NCBI GenBank assembly: GCA_965228735.1
Contig: OZ245838.1
Coordinates: forward strand, 2,848,001-2,912,000
Origin: Planctomycetota bacterium
GTDB lineage: Bacteria; Planctomycetota; UBA1135; UBA2386
DNA: 64,000 nt
Reading direction: 5' to 3'
Shown: positions 9,588 to 18,642 of the stretch, piece after piece
How the letters are laid out: each line of letters begins with the position of its first letter
Position numbering within the stretch: position 1 is the first letter of the stretch
Made by a program: the position numbers and the translations under genes
The notes under the pieces: model-generated
Database searches by the model: none
What the model was told of the DNA's origin: nothing
Seen by the model: the letters and a program-made list of their open reading frames with translations, nothing else

Positions 9588-11135
9588 CTACTTCTTCCTG
9601 GTCTCCGCGTCGAAGAACCGCCGCAGCACCGCGCGGTGCCGGGGCGCATAGTCGAGTTGCCACGTCGCGCCGCCGCTGCCGGCAGCCGCGCCGTCCCCGC
9701 TCCGCCCGGGAGCGACGTTGGGTCGCGGCGCGACGGTCGGCGCGACCCGCTCGGTGCGCACGGGCACCCAGCGATCGGGCAGGTTGCGATTCTTGGGCAA
9801 CGGCAGCGCGGCGCCCGCCGTGCCGGCCGTCGGGGCGTTCGCGAGGTCGAGCGCGGTGTGGCCCGGACCGCGTGCCCTGCCACCGTTGCCGGGGCCAGCA
9901 CCCTGGCCGTTGCCGACGCCGAACTGGCCCTCCCCGAACTGGCCGAACTGCTGCGCCAGGGCCTGCAGTTGCGCGAGCCGTGCTGCGTCGAGGCGGCCCG
10001 CGAGCGCGGCGAGGTCGCCGAGATCGAGGTCGGAGAACGCGCCGAGGTCGAGCCCCTTCAGGTCGAGATTGGCGAGATCGAGGTTGGCCAACCCGAGCTT
10101 CGCGAGATCGAGGTCGCCGAGATCCATGCCGTCGAGCGTCGCACCGAAGGACTGGGCGAGCATCGCGAGGCGCGCGGGATCGAGCGGCAGCTTGTCGAAG
10201 TCGAACGTGCCATCCGGGCCGCGCGCCGCCTCGAGCAGATCGCTCAGCGTGCCCGGCACCTCGCGCAGCAGACCGAGCTCGTTGAGCATGTTCGCCGCGT
10301 TCGCGAGCAGGCCAGTGTCGAGCAGGCCGGAGTCGAGCGGCCGCTCGCGACTCTCGCCCGGGGCCATCGGGGCACCACCGTTGCCTGCCGCGGCCGCGGC
10401 GAGCTGCAGCAGCTGCTCGCGTTCGAGGCGCTGCGCGAAGTCGTCGATGACGCGCCACTCCGGCACCTCACCCGCGTCGACCTGCTTCTCGAGATCCGCC
10501 AGCGTCGCGCGCAGCTCGCGTTCGACCTCGGCGGGCACGTGACCACGATCGAACAGACCGCGCAGCTCGTCGCCGAGACGCCCGACCTCGGCCTGGAACG
10601 TCGGCAACGGGGTCGCTGCCGGTGCGAGCGCCGGCGGGGGCAGCATCGCGGTCAGCGTGAACACCGCGGCGGCGAGCACCGGCCCGGGCAGGAGTCGCCC
10701 CCACCGCAGGCGCGGCAACGCCGCGGGCAGACCGGCCATCGCGTGCTGCAGGTGCGCGCGCCACGCCGGGTCCAGCTCGGCGCGTTCGGCCCCGGCACCA
10801 ACCCCGCCGGCGACCTGGTGCGCGGACAGCAGCAGCCCGCCGAGCTCGAGTCGGCGATCGAGATGCGCGGCCGCGGTCGGCAGGTCCGGTCGTTCGCGGC
10901 TCGCGCGATACCAGCCGAACGCGACGACCGGCACCACGAGAGCGGCCCACCACCAGTTCATCGGCAGATAACCGTCGAACAACCGCGCGCCGACGAGCGC
11001 GGCGGCCGCGAGCACCGCGATCACGAGGGTCGCCCGCAACGCCCCCATCACGAACCCCAGCGCCGTCAGGCGGCGGCGGAACGAGGCGATCGCGGCTTCG
11101 GGGGTCGGCATCGGTGCGTTGGGGTCGACGGGCAC
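9588..11135 (-). CDS. Hypothetical membrane protein, first gene of the MoxR operon
   Basis: About three TM helices, AAAHLDRRL motif, coiled/low-complexity C-terminal half ending RRFF; stop abuts moxR start. Start could be GTG 11135 or the ATG 8 codons downstream. Confidence 0.75.
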   Translation of the reverse strand: MPVDPNAPMPTPEAAIASFRRRLTALGFVMGALRATLVIAVLAAAALVGARLFDGYLPMNWWWAALVVPVVAFGWYRASRERPDLPTAAAHLDRRLELGGLLLSAHQVAGGVGAGAERAELDPAWRAHLQHAMAGLPAALPRLRWGRLLPGPVLAAAVFTLTAMLPPPALAPAATPLPTFQAEVGRLGDELRGLFDRGHVPAEVERELRATLADLEKQVDAGEVPEWRVIDDFAQRLEREQLLQLAAAAAGNGGAPMAPGESRERPLDSGLLDTGLLANAANMLNELGLLREVPGTLSDLLEAARGPDGTFDFDKLPLDPARLAMLAQSFGATLDGMDLGDLDLAKLGLANLDLANLDLKGLDLGAFSDLDLGDLAALAGRLDAARLAQLQALAQQFGQFGEGQFGVGNGQGAGPGNGGRARGPGHTALDLANAPTAGTAGAALPLPKNRNLPDRWVPVRTERVAPTVAPRPNVAPGRSGDGAAAGSGGATWQLDYAPRHRAVLRRFFDAETRKK

Positions 11136-11206
11136 GTCCCGGCAATATTCACGCTTTTCGCGATTCGCCCGGCCGCCGGCGCCCCACCGTACCGACCCCC
11201 GCGCGT

Positions 11207-12286
11207 TCAGACCACGGGCCCGGCCCCTGGTCGGTCACTTTCCTGCCCGCGGCCGGCCGCCGGCAACGCGCCGTGGTGATGCGTCTCTTCGTCCGGCTGC
11301 ACCGCCTCGTCGACGGTCAGCGGCACGAGGCCGGTGAACGGCTGCCGCCGCACGGTGCACGCTTCGAGATCGCACATCGAGCAGTACGTGCGCTCGCACG
11401 GATCGGTGTGGAACGACACGTCGCCGTCGCCCGGCATCTCGCGCACGACGTGCGCCGCGAGTTCTTCGGCGAGGTCGTGCGCGCGTTCGACGGTCCAGAA
11501 CTCGGGCACGACGAGATGCGCCGAGATGTGCCGGAAGTGGCCGGAACGGATCGCCCGCATCTGGTGCACCCGGATGACGCCGCCGCCGACCCGCGAACCG
11601 AGCACGTTGACGACTTCCTGCAGCAGTTGCGGGTCCTCTTCGTCGAGCAGCCCACCGGCAGCCCGCCGCACGACGCGCCAACCGGTGTTGAGCAGCAGCA
11701 GCGCCGTGACGATCGCGACCGCGGGATCGAAGAACGTCAGGCCCGTGAGGCGCACGAGTCCGAGCCCGACGATCGCGCCGAAGCTCGTCCAGAAGTCGGA
11801 GAGCACGTGCTGCCCGTCGGCCTCGATCGCAGCCGAACCGTGCCGCCGGCCATAACGGATCAGGAACAGCCCGAGCAGCCCGTTCGCGACGCCGGCGCCG
11901 AGCGTCAGCAGCATGCCGGTCTCGAGCTCGTGCAGCTCGTGCCCCTGGACCAGCGCCGCGATCGACTGCCACAGGATCGCGAGGGCCGCGAAGAAGATGA
12001 GTCCGCCCTCGAACGCCGCGGTGAAGAACTCGATCTTGCCGTGACCGAACGGGTGATCGCGATCGGCCGGCCGCGTCGCGTAGACCATGCCCGCGATCAA
12101 GAGCAACGCGGCGACGACGTTCACGATCGACTCGAGCGCGTCGCTGAAGACCGCCTGCGACCCGGTGAGCGACCAGGCCCAGAACTTCACGGCCATCAGC
12201 ACGATCGCCGCGATCAGCGAGAGCCCGGCGATGCCGACGTGCCCGCGCCCCGGCCGCTTCGCGCCGTGCCCGTGCCCACCGCTCAC
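11207..12286 (-). CDS. Cation diffusion facilitator (FieF-like) metal transporter
   Basis: SDALES, PADRDHPFGHGKIE and HVLSD motifs; start estimated at GTG 12286. Confidence 0.92.
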   Translation of the reverse strand: MSGGHGHGAKRPGRGHVGIAGLSLIAAIVLMAVKFWAWSLTGSQAVFSDALESIVNVVAALLLIAGMVYATRPADRDHPFGHGKIEFFTAAFEGGLIFFAALAILWQSIAALVQGHELHELETGMLLTLGAGVANGLLGLFLIRYGRRHGSAAIEADGQHVLSDFWTSFGAIVGLGLVRLTGLTFFDPAVAIVTALLLLNTGWRVVRRAAGGLLDEEDPQLLQEVVNVLGSRVGGGVIRVHQMRAIRSGHFRHISAHLVVPEFWTVERAHDLAEELAAHVVREMPGDGDVSFHTDPCERTYCSMCDLEACTVRRQPFTGLVPLTVDEAVQPDEETHHHGALPAAGRGQESDRPGAGPVV

Positions 12287-12455
12287 GACCGACCCCGCAG
12301 CCGCGCCGGAGCGCGGGAAGGTCCGGGGTCGTTCTGCGTCGAAGGCATGCCAGCCATCGTCGCGGCTGCGACGGGCCGGCGCAAATCGCATCCCGCGAGC
12401 CGAGGTTCCGCGGTTTCTCGTACCCTTCGCGCTCCTCCCCGGCATTGGGCCTCCC

Positions 12456-13100
12456 GTGAGCAGCAACGCCATCTCCGCGCCGATCACCCGTGCGGGCGCC
12501 GAGCCCGCACCCGCGAGCTCGCTCCCGAGTCTGGGGCACCCGAGTCTGGGGCACCCGAGTTTGGGGCACCCGGATCCGGCCCAGTTCGTCGGCGCGCACC
12601 AGACCGGACTCTGGCGCTATCTGCGCGCCCTCGGGTGTGAACCCGCGCGCGCCGAAGAACACTGCCAGGACGCGCTGCTCGCGGCCCTGAACGATCCGAT
12701 CGCGACGGCCCCCGCCGCGGACGCGGCCCGCTGGCTGCGGCGCGCCGCGAAGAACCTGTTCCTCATGCGGCTGCGGCACGAACGGCGCCGGCCCGAGGTC
12801 GCATCGATCGAAGCCGCGGAAGCGGATTGGCGGGCGTGGGGCGCGCTGGCCGACGGCGGCGACGCCGCGCTCGCAGCGCTCGACCAATGCCTCTCGAGCC
12901 TGCCGCCGCGCGACCGCGAGCTCGTGACGCGGCGATACGCGGACGACGAACCACGCACGACGATCGGCCGCGCGCTCGGACTCGGCGAGGCCGGGGTCAA
13001 GCAGGCGCTGCGACGGCTGCGCGCGCGGTTGCGGGCATGCGTGAGCCGGCGCCTCGCGGACGAGGACGAGAACGACAGCGAACGAGGACGAGGACGATGA
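12456..13100 (+). CDS. ECF-type RNA polymerase sigma factor
   Basis: Region 2 (LWRYLR..AEEHCQDALL..WLRRAAKN) and region 4 (CLSSLPPRDRELV..IGRALGL..VKQALRRLRARL); start approximate. Confidence 0.88.
   Translation: MSSNAISAPITRAGAEPAPASSLPSLGHPSLGHPSLGHPDPAQFVGAHQTGLWRYLRALGCEPARAEEHCQDALLAALNDPIATAPAADAARWLRRAAKNLFLMRLRHERRRPEVASIEAAEADWRAWGALADGGDAALAALDQCLSSLPPRDRELVTRRYADDEPRTTIGRALGLGEAGVKQALRRLRARLRACVSRRLADEDENDSERGRGR
12524..12572 (+). repeat. 15-bp tandem repeat x3 (CCCGAGTYTGGGGCA; encodes PSLGH)
   Basis: Read directly from the sequence. Confidence 0.95.
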
Positions 13101-14507
13101 CGACCGAGACCAACGAGACCGGCGGCGCGATCGACGCGCTGCTCGCCGAACGCGTCGGCGGCGTGACCCCGCCGGATCTGACCGACCGCGTGCTCGCCGA
13201 GTACGAGCGCGGATCTGAGGATCGCAGCCGCGCCCAGACCGCGCCCGCGGGCTGCGGCATGTTCGAAGGGAGCAGCGAACCGAACGGCGGATCGCGACTG
13301 CTCGCGGCCGCGCTGCTGCTGCTCGGCCTCGGCGTCGTGACCGCGACGCTGTGGTTCGGGCGGGCCGGCGACGGCGCCGCGCACTCGGCGACCGCTCCCG
13401 GCGAGCGCCAGCAGGATCCCCAGCAGGATCCGCGCGGCCAGCAAGCGCCCCCTGCCGAACCGCCGCCACCCGAACAGGCCGGCCCCGAACCGTCCGGTCC
13501 GTGCGCGATCCGGCTGCGCGTCGTCGACCCGCACGGCGGCCCCGTCCAGCAGTTCGCGTATCGCGTGCTGTCCGCGCAGGTCGAACCACCGGCCGCCCGA
13601 GTGGGCGGCCGCGGCCACGAAGCTGCTGCGGGCACTGCCGGGGTTCGATCGACAGGCCCGGCCGCGCGACTTCGACACGGACACGCTCGCGGTCGCCGGT
13701 CTGTCGCCCGGCCGCTACCGCGTCGTCGTCGACGCCCCGGGGTTCGCGCGCTCGGCGTCGCAGCCGTTCGTCCTGACCGCTCCCGGAGCCGACGAGGCGA
13801 CGCCCGCCGTCACGGTGAAACTGAACCGCGGCAGCTCGATCACGGGCACGATCACCGACGCGCAAGGCGACCCGATCGCGAACGCGAAGGTCACGCTCGA
13901 ATCCGTCGCCGACTCCGCGGCGAAGACGAAGCGGCTGCCGCCCGAGATCGCCGGCTGGCAGGAGTTCGCCGGCCGCTTCGACTTCGTGAGCATGTTGTCC
14001 GAAGGAACGGTTCGCACCGACGCCAACGGCCGCTTCCGCTTCCGGACGATCGCGCTCGGCGAATACACGGTCGGCGTCCAGCACCCGGACTTCTGCCCCG
14101 CGATCGGCCCGCCGTTCACCCTCGGCGCCGAACCGATCGAGATCCCGAAGCTCGAACTCGCGGTCGGCACGGCGGTGCACGGCACCGTCACGCTCGACGG
14201 TCGCCCCGCGCCCGAGATCCAGATCCGCCTCGCGGCGGGCACCACGGCCCCGGGACTGCAGCGCGACGGCAAGATCCGCCGCATCGCGCAGCACTGGACC
14301 GCGATCTCGGACGAAGACGGCAAGTTCACGTTCCCGACGCGCGTGCCGGCAGGCGACTACACGATCAGCGGCCGCGAGCTGAACACCGAGGGCAACCCGT
14401 TCCAGCTCCTGCTGCAGATCAAGGAGTCGCAGGTCGCATTCACGATCGAACCGGGGACGGCGCGTTCGCGCCACGACCTCGTGATCACATCGAAGAAACG
14501 CAGGTGA
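13097..14507 (+). pseudogene. Anti-sigma-like TM protein with carboxypeptidase-regulatory-like domains, apparent frameshift near 13590
   Basis: ATGA overlap with the sigma gene. N-terminus IDALLAERVGG..DLTDRVL plus a TM helix in one frame; protein-like sequence (GLSPGRYRVVVDAPGFA, SITGTITDAQGDPIANAKV) continues in another frame, open from 13341 to 14507. Confidence 0.7.
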
Positions 14508-14547
14508 AGGCCAGCTGACGCGGCGTCCCGTTCCGGGACCGCGTCGT

Positions 14548-14575
14548 TCAAGGACCAGCGGTTCCGACCCGATAG
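14548..14575 (+). promoter_or_regulatory. Putative sigma28 (FliA) promoter
   Basis: TCAAG-N15-CCCGATAG just upstream of flagellin, resembling the TAAA/TCAAG...GCCGATAA consensus. Confidence 0.65.
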
Positions 14576-14585
14576 CGGGGCCCGG

Positions 14586-15344
14586 ATGAGCCTCACGATC
14601 AGCAACGACTCGCACGGCATGTTGCGCGCGCTGTACGCGACGGACCAGCGCATGCAGCGGTCGTTCGCCCGTCTCGCCACCGGCAAACGGATCGCCTCGG
14701 CCGCGGATGACGCGGCCGGCCTCGCGATCAGCCAGCGGTTGTCCGCGCAAGAACGCGGCTTCCACCAGGGCGTGCGCAATCTCGCCGATGGCTACGGCTA
14801 CGCGGCGACGGCCGAGGGCACGCTCGGCTCGAGCGCCGACACGCTCGGTCGCATGCGCGAGCTCGCGGTGCAGGCGCAGAACGGCACGCTGAGCGCCGCG
14901 GACCGCGCGACGATCCAGGAAGAGTACGACCAGCTCGCGGCGACGCTCGACCAGACGGCGCCGGCCGCCGAGAGCAAGACGTTCACGGACGGCAACGGCG
15001 GCGAGGTGACGCTCGATGTCGCGGATGCGAGCGCGAGCGGCCTCGGCGTCAGCGGTCTCGATCTGTCGGACCCGACGTCGATCGACGCGATCGACCAGGC
15101 GATCGACGACGTCTCGTCGGCCCGCAGCTCGCTCGGCACGGCGATGAATCGCATGGAGTACCGCTCCGAAGCGGTGAGCGGCCAGGCCGAATCCGCGGCC
15201 GCAGCGCGCTCTCGGATCGAGGACGCGGACTTCGCCCAGGAAGTTGCGAATCTGACGCGGGACCGCATCCTGCAGCAGCTGCAGGTCTCGGGCCTGCAGA
15301 TGGCTGGCCGCAACAAGGGCGTGGCGCTCGACCTGTTCGCGTAG
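14586..15344 (+). CDS. fliC: Flagellin (short, 252 aa)
   Basis: RLATGKRIASAADDAAGLAIS, RMRELAVQAQNGT, SRIEDADFAQEVANLTR. Confidence 0.93.
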   Translation: MSLTISNDSHGMLRALYATDQRMQRSFARLATGKRIASAADDAAGLAISQRLSAQERGFHQGVRNLADGYGYAATAEGTLGSSADTLGRMRELAVQAQNGTLSAADRATIQEEYDQLAATLDQTAPAAESKTFTDGNGGEVTLDVADASASGLGVSGLDLSDPTSIDAIDQAIDDVSSARSSLGTAMNRMEYRSEAVSGQAESAAAARSRIEDADFAQEVANLTRDRILQQLQVSGLQMAGRNKGVALDLFA

Positions 15345-15407
15345 CCAGCGCACATCTCTCCGCCGCGACGACGCACGCGACCGCCGAGTTGCGCTACCAT
15401 CCGAGGC

Positions 15408-16955
15408 GTGTCCTGTCCCCGCCCTGGGTTCGTCCGCGCCATCACGCTTCCCGCCTTGGCCGTCTGGCTCGCGACCGCCGCGAGCGCGCAGCGCACCGCA
15501 CCCGAGGTGTTGCGCGCACAGGTTCCGAGTCGCGAGCTCGCCGTCGGCGAGGCGCTGCGGTTCGCCGACCGCGCGTGCCTCTGCGCGCGGCGCGACGGCC
15601 GCCCGTTCCTCATCTGGGATCGCACGGACTACCTGCCGATCCCGGACAGTGCGGACGGTGCGGCGACGTGGCTCCGGGATCACGGGGGCGAGCTCGGCCA
15701 CGGCGAGTTCGACGCCGTCGCTGCCGGAACGCGCGATTGGAACGGCGCGACGATCCGGCGCTTCACGCTGAGTCGGAACGGCATCGCGCTCGCCGACGCC
15801 GAGGTCTGGGTGTGCTTCGACGACCGCGGTTGCCTCGGCCTGATGAACCGCGTGCCGCGCGGGCTCGCCGCAGCACCGCCGCCACCAGCCGTCCCACCGG
15901 CCGGTACCGAACTGCAATACAAGGTGCGCCGCGCGAGCGGTCAGCGCGACCGCGTCGTGCTCGCCGAGGTGCGCCGCCAGCAAGCCGGCAACCACGAACG
16001 GATCGAGTTCGTCGACGCCGGCACGGTGTTCGCGCGCGAACGCAGCCAGCGCGCCGGCAGCCAGCCCGACAGCGCGGCGACGATCACCGACTTCTTCGTC
16101 GGCGGGTTCCCCGACCAGCTGCAGGCGGACGCGCGCGGCGTGATCTGGGTCTCCGATCCGACGCTGAATCGTCTGCTCGAGATCGACCCGCAGACCGGCA
16201 ACGTCACACCGCACTCGACGTCGCCCTGGACCCAGCCGGACGGCCTGTGCGTCGACCCCGACGGTCGCGTGTGGACCGGGCTCTACACGACGGGCAACGG
16301 CCTCGGCCTGTTCGATCGTGCGACCAACCAGTTCACGCGGTTCGCGCCGCCGACCTTCGGCTCCTACGCGATCCCGACGTGGCACCACAGCGGCCGCATC
16401 TATCTCACGGAGCATTCGCCCGCGACGCTGCACGTCTTCGATTCCACCACCAGCACGTGGCAGCCATCGATCGCGATGCCCGGCCTCTGGCCCGTGAGCG
16501 GGACCTACGACTCGACGTCCGGTGACCTGTTCGTCATGCAGTGGTCGAGCAACTCGATCGCGCGCGTCCGCGACACCGCGGTCGTCGCCAACCTGCCGAC
16601 GCCGATCACGGCCGGGCCGAGCTTCAGCGCCTCGGCCAACGGCAAGGTCTGGTTCTCCTACTGGTCGTCGACCCAGATCGGCGAGCTCGACCTCGACACC
16701 GGCGCGTTCACCACGCACAACCAGACGGTGAGCGGCGCCGGCGGCCCGATCGACGTCGGCCCCAACGGCCACGTCTTCCTCGGCACGCGCTTCACGGGCT
16801 ACATCATCGAGTTCGACCCGGTCGCCGGCACGTCGACCAATCACCCGATCAGCGGCACGCAGGGCGCGCTCAAGGACGGCCTCACGGTCGCACCCGACGG
16901 CTCGGTGTGGTTCACGAGCGGCAACGGCTACGTTGTCCGCTTGACCCTGCCGTAG
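15408..16955 (+). CDS. Secreted Vgb-like beta-propeller protein
   Basis: Signal peptide ending ASA; repeats PDQLQADARGVIWVS, PDGLCVDPDGRVWT, GLTVAPDGSVWFT. Confidence 0.8.
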   Translation: MSCPRPGFVRAITLPALAVWLATAASAQRTAPEVLRAQVPSRELAVGEALRFADRACLCARRDGRPFLIWDRTDYLPIPDSADGAATWLRDHGGELGHGEFDAVAAGTRDWNGATIRRFTLSRNGIALADAEVWVCFDDRGCLGLMNRVPRGLAAAPPPPAVPPAGTELQYKVRRASGQRDRVVLAEVRRQQAGNHERIEFVDAGTVFARERSQRAGSQPDSAATITDFFVGGFPDQLQADARGVIWVSDPTLNRLLEIDPQTGNVTPHSTSPWTQPDGLCVDPDGRVWTGLYTTGNGLGLFDRATNQFTRFAPPTFGSYAIPTWHHSGRIYLTEHSPATLHVFDSTTSTWQPSIAMPGLWPVSGTYDSTSGDLFVMQWSSNSIARVRDTAVVANLPTPITAGPSFSASANGKVWFSYWSSTQIGELDLDTGAFTTHNQTVSGAGGPIDVGPNGHVFLGTRFTGYIIEFDPVAGTSTNHPISGTQGALKDGLTVAPDGSVWFTSGNGYVVRLTLP

Positions 16956-17013
16956 CAGACCAGACCCCGAACACCCCGACCCCGACCCCGAAAGACCCGC
17001 TCAGGAACGAACG

Positions 17014-18420
17014 ATGCACGGGATCAGGCAATCCGACGCGGCTCTGCTCGCCCTCGCCACGCTCCTCTCGCTCGCGGCGGCGCCGGCGCAATCGGTGATG
17101 CGGCTCAGCACGGCGAGCGGACCGGGCTCGCGCCATCCGATCACGGCGCTCGACGCCGACGTCGTGGTGTGGGTCGCGTTCGTCGCCGGCACGCGCGAGC
17201 TCATGCTGTCCGCGACCGACGGCAGCGCGCCCGTGCAGCTCACGACCGGCGCCGACGTCCGCGTCGGGCACGGCACGTTCGACCAATGGTCGCCGATCTC
17301 CGTGAGCGACGATGGCGAACGGATCGCCTACTGGAACGCGCAGGGCGTGCACGTCCTCGACCGCATCGCGAACACGGACACGATCGTCGCGCCCGCCACG
17401 CTGGCGCCGATGCCGCAGCTCAGCGGCGATGGCACGCGCCTCGTCTACCAGGCGCCCGTGTCCGGACCGACGGGCGTCGCCAACCTCGAGGTGTTCGTCG
17501 TCGACGCGGATGGCGCGACCCCGCCCGTGCAGGTGACGACGGGCAGCGGCGGCGGCCGGCGTCTGCCGCACGTGCGCGGCGACCGCGTCGTGTTCCAGAA
17601 CCGCGTCGGCTACGAGATGGAGCTGTTCGTGCACGACCTCGCGACGAGCACGACGGGCCCGGCGCTGACGAACGGCAGCGGCGGCGGCAACCGCCACGGC
17701 CGGCTCACGCCCGACGGCGATGCAGTCCTCTACGAGGCCGTCGTCTCTGGCGAACAGACGGTGATGCGCCTCGACCTCGCCGGCACCACCCCGACCGTCG
17801 TCGGCGGCAACGCGAGCGGCACGCGCATGCCCGCGGGCGACGGCGACGACCAGATCGTGCTGCAGACCGGTGTCGGCACGCCCCTGCAACCGGGCGTCGA
17901 GCTCGTCGATCCGGCGGCGACGACCCTGTCGGGCGGCTCGCGCGGCGGTCACCGCCTGCCGCGGCTCGACCGCCACGGCCAGCTCGTCGTCTGGCAGGAA
18001 GAGGACCAGGGCCAGGTCGAGGTGTTCGCGCTGCGCCGGGTGTGGCCGACGACCGCGACGACGTTCGGCACGGCCGGCACCCCGTCCGTCGGCACGCTGC
18101 AGTCGTTCGACCGCCTGTGGCGGCTCAGCCAGGAGCTCGGCGTGCACACGCAGCTGCCGACGAATGCGCCGGCGTTCTTCGTCGTCGGGGTGCAGCAGCA
18201 GCAGGTCCCCGTCTCGGGCGCCCCGGGCAACACCCAGTACGTCGTTCCGGACAGCAGCATCGTGGTCCTGATCGATAGCAACGGCGACGCGATGGTCGGC
18301 ATCCCGCTCACGGCGAATCTGCTCGGCTTTGCGTTCTACGCCCAGTTCGCGCTCTTCGACCCGCCGGCCAACGCGCTGGGCGTCGTCGCGTCGGCCGCAT
18401 GGACCGTTCAGGTCCGCTGA
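17014..18420 (+). CDS. Secreted TolB/PD40-like beta-propeller protein with C-terminal domain
   Basis: Signal peptide ending APA; repeats SVSDDGERIAY, PQLSGDGTRLVY, LTPDGDAVLY; SD-like AGGA upstream. Confidence 0.8.
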   Translation: MHGIRQSDAALLALATLLSLAAAPAQSVMRLSTASGPGSRHPITALDADVVVWVAFVAGTRELMLSATDGSAPVQLTTGADVRVGHGTFDQWSPISVSDDGERIAYWNAQGVHVLDRIANTDTIVAPATLAPMPQLSGDGTRLVYQAPVSGPTGVANLEVFVVDADGATPPVQVTTGSGGGRRLPHVRGDRVVFQNRVGYEMELFVHDLATSTTGPALTNGSGGGNRHGRLTPDGDAVLYEAVVSGEQTVMRLDLAGTTPTVVGGNASGTRMPAGDGDDQIVLQTGVGTPLQPGVELVDPAATTLSGGSRGGHRLPRLDRHGQLVVWQEEDQGQVEVFALRRVWPTTATTFGTAGTPSVGTLQSFDRLWRLSQELGVHTQLPTNAPAFFVVGVQQQQVPVSGAPGNTQYVVPDSSIVVLIDSNGDAMVGIPLTANLLGFAFYAQFALFDPPANALGVVASAAWTVQVR

Positions 18421-18500
18421 CTCCCGGCCATCCTGGGTGCCCCGGCGCCGACTTTGCACGCCGCCGCAAACCGGCGATCGGCAATCCGACCCGGGCGGAG

Positions 18501-18528
18501 TTGACAGACCCGCGCCAGCGCGAATACT
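18501..18528 (+). promoter_or_regulatory. Putative sigma70 promoter for the protease gene
   Basis: Perfect TTGACA at 18501, 16-nt spacer, AATACT. Confidence 0.5.
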
Positions 18529-18642
18529 TGTCCGTCACCTGCCTCTCGACCGTCGGTCTCCTCCCCTGTCCAGGGAGCCGCTGGTAGACACCCAACGCGC
18601 CGTCCCATGGCGCGTTTCCCAGCAAGACTAACAGGTTAGCTC

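Noticed and set aside
11235..16844. 1869-aa minus-strand ORF, and similar giant ORFs at 18628-21669, 37205-40228 and 42275-45304
   Set aside because: Arg/Ala-rich shadow frames overlapping well-supported genes; expected where stop codons are rare at high GC.
15408..16955. Virginiamycin B lyase resistance gene
   Set aside because: Only the propeller repeat is similar; the signal peptide and extra N-terminal domain argue against the cytoplasmic Vgb enzyme.
18421..18642. Riboswitch or tRNA in the protease leader
   Set aside because: No recognisable aptamer or cloverleaf consensus; only a promoter-like motif. An Rfam scan would settle it.
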